Assembly: GCA_040905715.1 (NCBI GenBank)
Contig: JBBDRA010000003.1
Span: 395,095 to 459,094 of the forward strand
Length of the DNA stretch: 64,000 nucleotides
Reading direction: 5' to 3'
From: Minisyncoccota bacterium
GTDB taxonomy: Bacteria > Patescibacteriota > Minisyncoccia > Phycocordibacterales > CSBR16-193
Below the pieces are notes generated by a model. The model saw only the letters and a program-made list of their open reading frames with translations, was not told where the DNA came from and did no database searches. Each line of letters begins with the position of its first letter. Position 1 is the stretch's first letter. The translations under genes and the position numbers were made by a program. This document shows positions 45,910-56,041 of this stretch, piece by piece.

Positions 45910-46957
45910 TAACAATAAGAACCTCTTCAAATGCTTCCATATTCTCCAAGATAACCCCTGTACCGCGCGCAACAGCTGTCAGTGGATCATCCGCGACATG
46001 AACAGGAACCTTAATATACTCCGTAAGCAATTGATCCAGTCCGGTCAGCAGCGCACCACCACCGACAAGATAGATACCTCGTTGCATCACGTCAGCCAAG
46101 ACTTCCGGCGGTGTTGCTTCCAGCACCTCACGCACCGATTCAACAAGTGTATCTATCGAGTGAGAGATAGCCTCGCGCACATCAGTATCAGTGATCACTA
46201 CTTCTCGAGGCAAGCCGGTAACAAGATCTCGACCTTTGACCGGCGCCTCAGTCGGCTCATCACTGCCAATAACCGTTCCGAGTTTCAACTTGATCAGCTC
46301 TGCAGTTTTCTCACCGACCAATATCTTAAACTCGCTTCGAATATACGACATAATATCGTTGTTGAGTTTGTCACCGGCAATGCGCAAGTTCTTAGCCTGA
46401 ACGACACCGTTGAGTGATATAACCGCGATATCAGACGTTCCGCCACCGATATCAATGATCATGCTTCCCATTGGATCACGCACCGGAAGCCGGACCCCGA
46501 TAGCTGCTGCCATAGGCTCTTCAACAATATGCACTTCACGTGCCCCGGCGTTCTTTGTCGCATCGCGCACGGCGCGTATCTCAACGTTGGTGATACCTGA
46601 GGGCACCCCAACCACAACGCGGGGACCGAGAAGCTTACGTGACTTCTCCTGAGCTTTATTAAGTAAATAGGCGATCATCTCCTCAGTGACCTCGAAATCA
46701 GAGATAACCCCGTCAATCAACGGATGGACCGCAGTGATGTGTGGCGGAGTTCGACCGAGCATTTGCTTGGCCTGCACACCGACTGCTACTACTTGATCTG
46801 TTTTTTGATTCACCGCAACGACCGACGGCTCATTGATCACAATTCCTTTACCACGAACGTACACCAGCGTATTTGCTGTTCCAAGATCGATGCCGATATC
46901 ATTCGACATCCATCGCTTCATACGATCAAGTGACGGAAATTCGGGTAAGAAATCCAT
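45881..46957 (-). CDS. mreB: Actin-like rod-shape protein MreB
   Basis: DIGIDLGTANTLVYV phosphate-1, DIGGGTSD, LVGGGALL motifs. The N-terminal ~15 aa of the ORF may not be translated. Confidence 0.9.
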   Translation of the reverse strand: MDFLPEFPSLDRMKRWMSNDIGIDLGTANTLVYVRGKGIVINEPSVVAVNQKTDQVVAVGVQAKQMLGRTPPHITAVHPLIDGVISDFEVTEEMIAYLLNKAQEKSRKLLGPRVVVGVPSGITNVEIRAVRDATKNAGAREVHIVEEPMAAAIGVRLPVRDPMGSMIIDIGGGTSDIAVISLNGVVQAKNLRIAGDKLNNDIMSYIRSEFKILVGEKTAELIKLKLGTVIGSDEPTEAPVKGRDLVTGLPREVVITDTDVREAISHSIDTLVESVREVLEATPPEVLADVMQRGIYLVGGGALLTGLDQLLTEYIKVPVHVADDPLTAVARGTGVILENMEAFEEVLIVNEDELPPTA

Positions 46958-46964
46958 ATATTCT

Positions 46965-48254
46965 CTATTCAGTAACGTATCGATTTATAATCACCTCGGA
47001 TGCAACCACTTCAACGCTGTCTTCGATGCGATCCGTAAACTCTACCCCTCCTGCCTCGCGTGCTTTTGTGCTCACCACGGCGCGGGACGGAATACCGATG
47101 AGATCAGCATCAGCAAATTTTGCACCGGCCGACACCGCCCGATCATCCCACAGTACTTCCACGCCTAACTGAGTCAGTTTTTGATATAGCGCTTCAGCTT
47201 CGCTCTTCGTTTGCTCGTCATCGCTAAGCTGGATAAGATGCAGATCAAACGGCGCCACCTCCTTCGGCCAGATCATTTCATTTTTGCCTCCAAGTACTTC
47301 AACGATAGCCCCCATAAGTCGCCCTGGTCCGATACCGTATGAACCCATAATAACCGGTCTCTTTTCGTTCGTTTCATCGATATAGGTAAGACCGAACGCA
47401 TCCGAGAATTTTGTTCCAAGACTAAATATATTACCCACCTCAACTGCTGTTACTTTCTCGAGATCATCCTTTAAAAGACCGAGGTCTTTCAAAACATCTT
47501 CTGAGTAGATCTCATCGTTTACGGCTATCTTTCGAGTACGATCTAGGTAGATCGTATCTTCACCGGCGTCCGTGAGTGTTTGAAACTCATGAGAGTACGG
47601 GCTAAAACTACCTCCGGAAGCAGACGTAAAGAACGTCCGCTCCCCAATACCGGCTCGATCAAAAATGCGAATATATGCATTCTTAGCTTCTTCGTAAAAA
47701 GCACTATGCTCTTCTTGCGACCGTGAGAAAGAGTACAGATCCTTCATTAAAAACTCACGTCCGCGCATTATACCGCTTTTCGCACGCTTCTCATTTCGAA
47801 ATTTCGTTTGAAACTGATATACGTATGCCGGCAGATCTTTATATGAATGAATGAATTCGGTCATTAGGTTCGTCAACGGCTCTTCGTGAGTCGTCGCCAA
47901 TCCCACCTCGCCTCCAGCACTCAATGTTGTTTTAAACCAGTTATCGATCACCTCATCGCTCCAGCGCCCGGTCTTCTCCCAAACTCGCTTGTCCTGAAGC
48001 GATGTTAAATGGAGTTCCTGGCCACCGATGCCGTTCATCTCGTCACGGATAATGCCACAGATCCGTTGCAGTACCCGGTACCCTAGGGGGAGATACGCGT
48101 AAGCACCGGCCATCTCCTTGTGAATAAACCCGCTTCTGATAAGCAGCTTAGCATTCTTCGCCGTTTCGTCTTTTGGTGCCTCTTTTCTTGTTTTTGTGAA
48201 TAGTTCGCTCTGTCGCATACGGCTCATCTTACCGCAAACACCGCACCTCGACAA
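46965..48254 (-). CDS. proS: Prolyl-tRNA synthetase, short form lacking the INS editing domain
   Basis: LIRSGFIHKEMAGAYAYLPLGYRVL; motif 2 FRNEKRAKSGIMRGREFLMKDLYSF; motif 3 GSYGIGPGRLMGAIVE; anticodon-binding domain. Confidence 0.85.
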   Translation of the reverse strand: MSRCGVCGKMSRMRQSELFTKTRKEAPKDETAKNAKLLIRSGFIHKEMAGAYAYLPLGYRVLQRICGIIRDEMNGIGGQELHLTSLQDKRVWEKTGRWSDEVIDNWFKTTLSAGGEVGLATTHEEPLTNLMTEFIHSYKDLPAYVYQFQTKFRNEKRAKSGIMRGREFLMKDLYSFSRSQEEHSAFYEEAKNAYIRIFDRAGIGERTFFTSASGGSFSPYSHEFQTLTDAGEDTIYLDRTRKIAVNDEIYSEDVLKDLGLLKDDLEKVTAVEVGNIFSLGTKFSDAFGLTYIDETNEKRPVIMGSYGIGPGRLMGAIVEVLGGKNEMIWPKEVAPFDLHLIQLSDDEQTKSEAEALYQKLTQLGVEVLWDDRAVSAGAKFADADLIGIPSRAVVSTKAREAGGVEFTDRIEDSVEVVASEVIINRYVTE

Positions 48255-48298
48255 TACGAGGTGCGGTGTTTGTACACGAACAAAGTTACATCAACTGT

Positions 48299-48706
48299 TT
48301 ACGCCTGAATATCTGCTCGCCGCCTCAGGATATCATCAAGGGTGATAGACGGAACAAATGCCGGAGCGCTAGTTTCCGAAACAGTCCCATCGTCCGGCTG
48401 CGTCTTTACCTCGCCATCTTCTTCATCCTTACCTGGGCGCTGATCACTTAAAAGACCTTGGAACGCAAGTTCGAGTCCGTGCTCGTTCCAGATATCAAAA
48501 GCCTCACCCTGAAGCTCTTTGCGATCCAAAAATTCAGCAAGATCTATCTCTTCACCACGTTGCTGTTTGTACGTTTGAAAATACTCCCACATAAGTTGGA
48601 AGTGGCGGTCATACTCATTTTGAGGCTCTTCCTCGCCCGCGAGAACATTACGTGTATGCTCGTTTATATCATCTGAACTGAAAAGTTTTGAAGTGGTGTC
48701 GGTCAT
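48299..48706 (-). CDS. Hypothetical acidic protein (paralogue B)
   Basis: Starts at the internal Met MTDTTSK; shares the QLMWxYF...E.FD block with the upstream ORF. Confidence 0.35.
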   Translation of the reverse strand: MTDTTSKLFSSDDINEHTRNVLAGEEEPQNEYDRHFQLMWEYFQTYKQQRGEEIDLAEFLDRKELQGEAFDIWNEHGLELAFQGLLSDQRPGKDEEDGEVKTQPDDGTVSETSAPAFVPSITLDDILRRRADIQA

Positions 48707-48782
48707 ATGAAATATGATAATAATAGCTTTTTCACGTATATAAACTATATCACGAGCATAATTACAGGCGCAACAAACATTA

Positions 48783-49118
48783 CTACGCAGCACGTTGCTG
48801 TTCCCTACTCTCACGAAGCTGCTCAAGTAGGTTATCTGAATCTACTTGGGTCACATTAATATCGGCCGATACCTCTTTATGGAACGCATCAAGCATGCCT
48901 TCCCTTGACCACATCCCAAGAACGGCACCTTGAACCGATTCAAAGTCATCCGGATCAAGAGATTCTCCGGTTACTTTTTCGTAGAAGTGCCACATAAGCT
49001 GAAGCTGAAGTTCGTTACGGGTTTCAGGCACCACTTCTCCGCTTAGCACCTTCGCCAAACGTTCACGTACTCCTTCTGCAGATTCTGCCGATGTGTGAGG
49101 AGGTTGTTCAAGTGACAT
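48783..49118 (-). CDS. Hypothetical acidic protein (paralogue A)
   Basis: LQLQLMWHFYEKVTGESLDPDDFESVQGAVLGMWSREGMLDAF is similar to the downstream ORF. Confidence 0.35.
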   Translation of the reverse strand: MSLEQPPHTSAESAEGVRERLAKVLSGEVVPETRNELQLQLMWHFYEKVTGESLDPDDFESVQGAVLGMWSREGMLDAFHKEVSADINVTQVDSDNLLEQLRESREQQRAA

Positions 49119-49135
49119 AGTGAATAGTAGCTACG

Positions 49136-50236
49136 TTACAAAAGATTCAGAATATCATTATACGTCACCGCGATCATCAGGAGAATGAGTAGCGCAAAAC
49201 CAACCAAATTAAGCCCATTGGCTACTTTTGGATTTATCGGTGAGCGCTTAACCGCCTCGATAGCCACCATTACTAACCGACCGCCATCGAGCGCCGGAAA
49301 CGGCAGCAAGTTAATGATCGCCAGGTTTATCGAGATAAGCGCCGTAAACTGAAGAAGGTAGACGAACCCAAGCACGGAAGCGTCACCAACGAGCCCGACA
49401 ATACCCACAGGGCCGGCGACCTGAGAGTAGTCAGCCGCACCGGTGAATGCATCAAAAACAAATACTGAAATACCGATCGCTATAGACTTCGTAAGCTCAC
49501 CCGTGACCAAATACCCCTGCCAGAGTGCCTGGTGCGGTGCAAGTCGCAACGTTCCCATCATACTCATGGTAATACCGACCGCTTGACCATCCTCAATGAC
49601 ACCTTCTGCAGGTTCAATACTCTCGGTCAAAAGCTGATCTCCCCGTTCTATCGAAAAAGCAAGTTCACTATCCGGATTCGATTGAATGAAAGCACTTACG
49701 TCCCCGGGTAACAACGGTGCTTCCAATTGAGTTTCGCCTGAAGAAAGTCCGACAATGACATCACCGGACCGTAAACCCGCCAACTCTGCCGGAGAATCCG
49801 GCGCGACTGTTATAACCATGAGCTCAGGATCGGTTACGGTGCCAAGCGCGTCATACTCCACCGGCGTTGGCTGACCGATCATAAAACCAACTGATATTAA
49901 AAGCCAAGCAAAGATCATATTAAAGGTGACGCCCGCAACTAACACGAGCGCCTGCTTGTACCGCGGCTTGCTGACAAAACTACGCGGGCTACTCTGCGCT
50001 CCGGGGTCATCCGCGTCGTCGTAGTTTTCTCCGAATATCTTTACAAACCCACCTATCGGCAAGAGATTAAGTGTGTATTCAGTCTCTCCGATCTTAAATA
50101 AACGAAGAACTCGAGGCGGAAGCCCGAGTCCGAATTCATCAACTCGAATACCGGATGCTTTTGCAACAATGAAGTGCCCAAATTCGTGCACTAAGATCAA
50201 AAGTGCCAGTATGATTATAAAATAGAGTATGGTCAT
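49136..50236 (-). CDS. rseP: Site-2 protease RseP (M50 zinc metalloprotease with PDZ)
   Basis: HEFGHF (HExxH) in TM1, PDZ insert, LDGG motif near the C-terminus. Confidence 0.8.
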   Translation of the reverse strand: MTILYFIIILALLILVHEFGHFIVAKASGIRVDEFGLGLPPRVLRLFKIGETEYTLNLLPIGGFVKIFGENYDDADDPGAQSSPRSFVSKPRYKQALVLVAGVTFNMIFAWLLISVGFMIGQPTPVEYDALGTVTDPELMVITVAPDSPAELAGLRSGDVIVGLSSGETQLEAPLLPGDVSAFIQSNPDSELAFSIERGDQLLTESIEPAEGVIEDGQAVGITMSMMGTLRLAPHQALWQGYLVTGELTKSIAIGISVFVFDAFTGAADYSQVAGPVGIVGLVGDASVLGFVYLLQFTALISINLAIINLLPFPALDGGRLVMVAIEAVKRSPINPKVANGLNLVGFALLILLMIAVTYNDILNLL

Positions 50237-50373
50237 GACGATTTAAATCTCAAATTCCAAGCACCAAATTTCAATGTTCCCAAATATTCCAGCGCGCGGA
50301 CTACTTTGATCTTTGATATTAGAATTAATGATAGTGATTGCTATTTGTAATTTAGTGCTTTTGCTTAATGTAA

Positions 50374-50925
50374 TTACTCAGTAATTTCTTTTTTCTTTCG
50401 TTCCTCCATTTCTTCAAGGCCCTTGTTGGTTTTCTTTACCAGATCTTCCATCTGTTCTTTCAGACGATACTTATCATCTTCGCTAATATCACCATCTTTC
50501 TGTTGATTCTGGATATCGTCCCAAACCTCATCTCGAGCAGTACGCACCGAAACCCGAGCCTCTTCAAGCTTTTGTTTTGAAAGCTTTAAAAGCTGCTCTC
50601 TTCGCTCACTCGTTAATTCAGGAAACGTCACACGCAAACCCTGATCATCCACATTGACCGACAGACCAACGTTTGCATTTTCGATCGCGCTCTCAATAGC
50701 GCTTGAAACACTCTTGTCCCACGGTACGATCCGGATCGTCTTCGCATCTTCGGTTGTTACCGTTGCAACCTGGTTGATCGGCATCTGTGAGCCGTACACC
50801 TCCACTTTTACTGAATCGAGCACGGCGGGTGCCGCGCGTCCAGTACGGATACCTTTGAACTCGCTACTTAGCCAGTCCTCTGCGTCTTGAAGCTGTTTTT
50901 TAAAATCACTAAAATCGTAATTCAT
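50374..50925 (-). CDS. frr: Ribosome recycling factor
   Basis: From MNYDFSDFKK: EFKGIRTGRAAPAVLDSVKVEVYG...LSVNVDDQGLRVTFPELTSERREQL is the Frr sequence. Confidence 0.85.
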   Translation of the reverse strand: MNYDFSDFKKQLQDAEDWLSSEFKGIRTGRAAPAVLDSVKVEVYGSQMPINQVATVTTEDAKTIRIVPWDKSVSSAIESAIENANVGLSVNVDDQGLRVTFPELTSERREQLLKLSKQKLEEARVSVRTARDEVWDDIQNQQKDGDISEDDKYRLKEQMEDLVKKTNKGLEEMEERKKKEITE

Positions 50926-51001
50926 ACGTGAGCGCCTAAGTTTAAAGAAGGGTTTAAGAGAAGTGTTCGTATCATACCAAGGAATATAAATTGGAACAAT
51001 A

Positions 51002-51514
51002 TTACAAAATATCAATAAAGGTCATAACGCCTGCCCAAACCATAACTGCAAGGACAGCTATAAGAAACTGTGAGAAAGCGCCCACCAAAGGCTGTGGGAT
51101 CTCATATTCACTATGGATCCACTCATGAAATGACTGCAACCAGCCGAGTGGCCGAGGAGCCAAAAAATAACCAAACTGAAGCACGTCCGGCAACACGCCA
51201 CCGACAAGACCGGCAACGAGCACCGATGCAAAGCTTGGTGTAAGAACAACGAACGCAAGCACGGCAAGTATACCCAGACCAAAATCAACTCCCAGCTTTA
51301 CACAATCACCGAGAAACGATCGATCGAACACCATTGTCTTGTGAACCACACCGTGACTCTCCGGCGTTCGCTTAGACACAAGCGTATAATCCCAATGCGG
51401 GATCATATCCAGCAAAAAATGACTCGCCACACCAACAGCAACACCGACAACCGGGTCTGTAGTTATCACCGCTGCTGCTGCGGCGCCAACAACTGAATGC
51501 GTACTAAGGATCAT
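51002..51514 (-). CDS. Membrane-bound metal-dependent hydrolase (DUF457/YdjM-like)
   Basis: Four TM helices with HSVVGA...HFLLDMIPHWD His/Asp cluster. Confidence 0.45.
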   Translation of the reverse strand: MILSTHSVVGAAAAAVITTDPVVGVAVGVASHFLLDMIPHWDYTLVSKRTPESHGVVHKTMVFDRSFLGDCVKLGVDFGLGILAVLAFVVLTPSFASVLVAGLVGGVLPDVLQFGYFLAPRPLGWLQSFHEWIHSEYEIPQPLVGAFSQFLIAVLAVMVWAGVMTFIDIL

Positions 51515-51523
51515 AGGTCACAT

Positions 51524-52228
51524 CTAGAGGCGCAGGGCAATATACTCGAGCAGTAATTTTAATGATGATCCCGGATCATCAAGATACTGTTTATATTTAG
51601 TAATAATTTCCAGTCCGTCTCTGCTTCGCCGGGTAAGAGTGCCATCAGCCGCTCTCAGGCCGGCAAGTACGCGCTCGCAATTATCCACAAGACGTCTGGC
51701 GGCTGTCTTATCCTTTGCCTCGATAATAGGTTTGAGTAGCTCTATCCGCTCAGGCGCACTCGCGCGAAGAAATATTTCAGCGTCAACTCCCCTGCTTGTG
51801 TCTTGTCTCTGGTCACCCAGCTCAGCCAGCGAACCATCAGTCAATGAAATAAGAGCAAGCCTGGAACGGAGAGTCGGCAAAAGACCGTCAGCGTGAGGCA
51901 GGCAGAGAACGAATACGGTTGACTGGGCCGGATCCTCAAACGTTTTCAGTAATGCGTTTTGGGACGCCTGTGGTAAATGATCAGTTTCAATAACAATAAG
52001 TGTTCGCGCTGCAAGAACCGGCTTGCGCGCCTGCTCCTCTCGTATACGTCGCGCTGTCTCTATGGACAGTGGTGACTCGATGTAACGATAGAGATCAGGA
52101 TGACCCTGCGGCGGAACCTCGAATACTTGTTCTATCGCTTGCGCAATACTGTCTCGCACATGACCTCCTTCACCCACCACACAAATAGCGTGATGCTGTG
52201 AAAGAAGTTGAACAAGATTATCTATCAT
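51524..52228 (-). CDS. holB: DNA polymerase III delta'/delta-like clamp-loader subunit (short, degenerate P-loop)
   Basis: NALLKTFEDPAQSTVFVL...LLPTLRSR (sensor-1/SRC box) following a degenerate GEGGHVR loop. Confidence 0.5.
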   Translation of the reverse strand: MIDNLVQLLSQHHAICVVGEGGHVRDSIAQAIEQVFEVPPQGHPDLYRYIESPLSIETARRIREEQARKPVLAARTLIVIETDHLPQASQNALLKTFEDPAQSTVFVLCLPHADGLLPTLRSRLALISLTDGSLAELGDQRQDTSRGVDAEIFLRASAPERIELLKPIIEAKDKTAARRLVDNCERVLAGLRAADGTLTRRSRDGLEIITKYKQYLDDPGSSLKLLLEYIALRL

Positions 52229-52289
52229 ATACTGCGTACCTATCGCTCCTTATAACGTATAAAAATATAACGAGATCAAAAACAACTCT

Positions 52290-53303
52290 TTATCTTTTAG
52301 CAGCGATCGTTCTCTTGTACATCTCTAGATGTTCCAGTGCAATACCGGTCCCTTTAACCACACACAGCATCGCCTCATCAGCGAGTGCACATTTTACACC
52401 GGTTCTTCTATACACCAACTCCGGTAGATTACGAAGCTGAGATGACCCGCCCGTCATGATGATCCCCCGGTCAATAATGTCAGAAGACAACTCCGGTGGA
52501 GTTTCCTGGAGCACATCTTTGATAGCGTTTATCATCTCCTTGAGTTCCTGATTGATCGCCTTGGTGATCTCGTTCGTCTTGATCTCGACCGAGCGTGGCA
52601 GACCGGAAACATAGTCACGACCTTTGATCGTGATCGAACTCTCTTCATCGAGCGGCACAGCTGAACCGATCTTGATCTTAATATCCTCAGCTGTTTTATC
52701 ACCAACCGCGAGATTGAACGTTTTTTTAATGTAATCAGTTATCGCCGCGTCTACACGATTTCCTGCACACTTCACAGATGTAGAAGCAACAATACCGCCC
52801 AGCGAGATGACCGCAACATCGGTCGTACCGCCACCAATGTCAACGATCATGTGTCCGGCCGCTTCGTGAATAGGAATCCCGGCCCCGATAGCGCTAAGGA
52901 TCGGCTCTTTGACCACGTATGCGTGCTTAGCACCTGCACGAACCGCCGCCTCAACGACGGCCCGGCGCTCGGTTGAGGTGACGCCCGCAGGCACCGACAC
53001 AAGCACCTCAGGTTTAAAGAATGTCCATTTACCGAGGGCTTTGCTTATGTAATAGCGAAGCATTGCCTCAGTCACTCGATAGTCAGCGATCACACCGTCC
53101 TTCATGGGCCGATACGCGATCACGTTATCCGGTGTGCGGCCGATCATGATCTTCGCCTCGTTGCCGACCGCCAAGATCTTATTGTCTTCCTGCGAGACGG
53201 CGACAACCGACGGCTCGTTGAGCACGATACCCTTACCAGGTACGTATACGAGCGTATTTGCTGTTCCAAGATCGATACCAAGTTTTCGAGTGAATAGTGC
53301 CAT
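52290..53303 (-). CDS. mbl: Second MreB/Mbl actin-like paralogue
   Basis: LGIDLGTANTLVYV, DIGGGTTDVAV and MTGGSSQL motifs; clearly paralogous to the protein at 45881-46957. Confidence 0.85.
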   Translation of the reverse strand: MALFTRKLGIDLGTANTLVYVPGKGIVLNEPSVVAVSQEDNKILAVGNEAKIMIGRTPDNVIAYRPMKDGVIADYRVTEAMLRYYISKALGKWTFFKPEVLVSVPAGVTSTERRAVVEAAVRAGAKHAYVVKEPILSAIGAGIPIHEAAGHMIVDIGGGTTDVAVISLGGIVASTSVKCAGNRVDAAITDYIKKTFNLAVGDKTAEDIKIKIGSAVPLDEESSITIKGRDYVSGLPRSVEIKTNEITKAINQELKEMINAIKDVLQETPPELSSDIIDRGIIMTGGSSQLRNLPELVYRRTGVKCALADEAMLCVVKGTGIALEHLEMYKRTIAAKR

Positions 53304-53540
53304 ACCATTGAGAAGTAAGTATCTAGTATACAGTATTATGGAGTATGGTACCCCTTGCCCCCTTTTTTGACAAACCTGTTCTCAGTGAAGCGGCTTTTCT
53401 ATTCTGTGACACCTCTAACTATTTCTAGAACGTAAACTATAGAGGCGGCATGTCACATCCGTGAGAGGGATATTTAAGGGGATGACAAAAAGTAATATCT
53501 CATATATGATATACTCTTAAATCACTTAACTTCATACGCC

Positions 53541-55064
53541 ATGACATCCCAATCTCAAGAATTTCTTACCCACCTCGGCTCTCTGATCCACCAGCTTCGT
53601 GAAGAGCGTGGGATCACTCAAAAAACCTTTGCTACTAAACTCGGTACGGCCCAAAGCGCAATTGCTCGCATTGAAGCCGGCCAGCAGAACATCTCAACTG
53701 AAATGCTTTCTCGCATTAGCGCCGTACTTGAGCGAGACTTGGTCAACCTCTCCGAGGGTTCTTTAAGTATCCAGATCAACGGAGGCAAGAAATTAAGCGG
53801 CACTATCCCTGTCAAAACCTCCAAGAATGCCGCCGTTGCCCTACTAGCGGCCTCCCTTTTGAATAAAAGCACCACCACTCTCAAAAGGGTTCCGAAGATC
53901 GAGGAGGTTCACCGACTCATTGAAGTGCTTAAAAGTATCGGTGTGAGTGTGGTCTGGAATAACGGCGATCTTACCATCACACCCCCCGAAAAACTCTCCC
54001 TGTCTGATATTGACGCAGTTGCTGCCGGGCGCACGCGCAGCATTATTCTCTTTATCGGCGCTCTCCTTCATCGGAGCAAACGTTTTCGTATCCCTCAGGC
54101 GGCCGGGTGCAAACTTGGCGCGCGCACGATCAAACCACACCTCTACGCTCTCGAAGAACTCGGTGTATCTATCACGACCAAACATGATAACTACACGATC
54201 GAACATAAAGGGCTCTCAAGCGGACGTATCGTGTTATATGAATCCGGTGACACAGTCACAGAGAACGTCCTCATGGCTGCTGCTCTAACGCCCGGCACGA
54301 CCACAATTCGCTACGCTTCTGCTAATTACCAGGTCCAGGATCTTTGCTACTTTCTTGAGACGCTTGGTGTAAAGATCGAGGGTATTGGCACCACAACTCT
54401 TGTGGTTCATGGCATAAAGGAGATCAACACACCGGTCGAATATCACCTTTCTGAAGATCCAATCGAAGCAATGTTCTTTATTGCGGCAGCCGCGGTCACC
54501 CGCTCCGCGATCAAGATAGAACGATGTCCGATCGATTTTCTCGAGCTTGAATTACTCACACTCGAAAAGATGGGCTTCAAGTATACCGCAAGCAAGCGCT
54601 ACAAAGCCGCCAACGGCAAGACAGACCTCGTTGATATTAAAACACGGCCTTCTCGACTGATAGCGCCGAGCGAAAAGATCCACCCACGCCCATACCCGGG
54701 GCTCAATATTGACAACCTTCCATTTTTTGCAGTTATTGCCACGCAGGCCGAAGGTCAGACGTTTATTCACGACTGGGTGTTCGAGAACAGAGCGATCTAT
54801 TACAAAGAGCTCGACAAACTCGGTGCTGACACGATCCTCGGCGACCAGCATCGCTTCTATGTGACCGGACCGACCAAGTTAAAGGCCCAAGAGATCGTCT
54901 GCCCCCCTGCCCTACGACCCGCGGCCATCATCTTAATCGCCATGCTTGCAGCTGAAGGAACATCAACGCTACGTAACATCTACAGCATCAACCGCGGATA
55001 CGAAGACCTTGTAAAGCGTTTGAACAGCCTCGGTGCTGACATTCACTTATTGCGGTCGGTGTAA
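53541..55064 (+). CDS. murA: UDP-GlcNAc 1-carboxyvinyltransferase with N-terminal XRE-type HTH fusion
   Basis: Residues ~10-65 (LREERGITQKTFATKLGTAQSAIARIEAGQQNISTEMLSRISAVL) form a Cro/C1 HTH. The remainder is MurA (LSIQINGGKKLSGTIPVKTSKNAAVALLAA...; active-site Cys in AAGCKLGARTIKPH). Confidence 0.85.
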   Translation: MTSQSQEFLTHLGSLIHQLREERGITQKTFATKLGTAQSAIARIEAGQQNISTEMLSRISAVLERDLVNLSEGSLSIQINGGKKLSGTIPVKTSKNAAVALLAASLLNKSTTTLKRVPKIEEVHRLIEVLKSIGVSVVWNNGDLTITPPEKLSLSDIDAVAAGRTRSIILFIGALLHRSKRFRIPQAAGCKLGARTIKPHLYALEELGVSITTKHDNYTIEHKGLSSGRIVLYESGDTVTENVLMAAALTPGTTTIRYASANYQVQDLCYFLETLGVKIEGIGTTTLVVHGIKEINTPVEYHLSEDPIEAMFFIAAAAVTRSAIKIERCPIDFLELELLTLEKMGFKYTASKRYKAANGKTDLVDIKTRPSRLIAPSEKIHPRPYPGLNIDNLPFFAVIATQAEGQTFIHDWVFENRAIYYKELDKLGADTILGDQHRFYVTGPTKLKAQEIVCPPALRPAAIILIAMLAAEGTSTLRNIYSINRGYEDLVKRLNSLGADIHLLRSV

Positions 55065-55094
55065 GAGATCCACCATTGCAATTACCTGTGTTTT

Positions 55095-55949
55095 TTGAAA
55101 CGATGGGAGCTAACCTATACCGCCATGGTACATACAGACCGTATTCGTGAACAATTGCGTGAGAAGAGAGCATACGTGTGGACTGCTTTCAGCTTTCTCA
55201 TCTTTTTTCTGCTACTCGGTCTTGTTACTGAGACCGGATATCGGATCTTCTCGACATTAGGACTCACAGACGCCGGAACCGTGAAGATCGTTCTGCCGGA
55301 CACAAATATGCAGGTGTACCATAACGATACGTATGTCGATCAGAGCTCAGAGCAAGGCGAGATCATTACGCTCAACAACCTTCCTACCGGCGAGCACAGT
55401 ATTATTGTTGCACGACAAGGATCATATCCTTGGGCAAAAAAATTCAAACTCACGGCCGACGAAACACGTGTTCTTGAGCCGTTTCTGATACGACACAAAC
55501 TCCCCCAAAGAACAGTTGATTCAAGCGCCGATCATTTCGCTGAGCTCGTGAGCGAAGTACAACGAACACAAGTACCGACAAAAGAATCACCGCTTTCTTC
55601 CCCGGATCAACCGGTTTTAGTCTGGGTAGAGAACAATGTGATCCAAGCGCAGTGGGAAGGTGACCTAGATAACGCACCTCACTCATTTTGCGTAGACTCA
55701 GAACAGTGCCTCAAGAGCATTTCTGCACTCCCTTCTGACGAACCTATAAAAAACATCACTTTTTACCATAACCGAAGTGACGTAATACTATTCTCTTCCG
55801 GAAACGGTATCTACGCGCTTGAATTAGTGGCCAGTGGCGCACCAAGCTTTCAGCCGATCTTCGAAGGAACTGACCCGAATTTCATAAAGACCGGAACCAC
55901 TACGATCGCCGTCTTGGACGATGGTCAACTTTTTGAGGTTGGACTCTAA
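55095..55949 (+). CDS. Membrane-anchored protein with PEGA-like beta domain
   Basis: TM helix (FSFLIFFLLLGLV), then VKIVLPDTNMQVYHNDTYV...GEHSIIVARQGSYPWAKKFKL resembling a PEGA domain. Confidence 0.35.
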   Translation: MKRWELTYTAMVHTDRIREQLREKRAYVWTAFSFLIFFLLLGLVTETGYRIFSTLGLTDAGTVKIVLPDTNMQVYHNDTYVDQSSEQGEIITLNNLPTGEHSIIVARQGSYPWAKKFKLTADETRVLEPFLIRHKLPQRTVDSSADHFAELVSEVQRTQVPTKESPLSSPDQPVLVWVENNVIQAQWEGDLDNAPHSFCVDSEQCLKSISALPSDEPIKNITFYHNRSDVILFSSGNGIYALELVASGAPSFQPIFEGTDPNFIKTGTTTIAVLDDGQLFEVGL

Positions 55950-56041
55950 CTACGCTTTACAGAGCGAGATTCTGACCCCCTCCTTTTTCTTTGTGACAAG
56001 CGACGCTTGATACAAAATACGAAATACTAGATACTAGCCAC

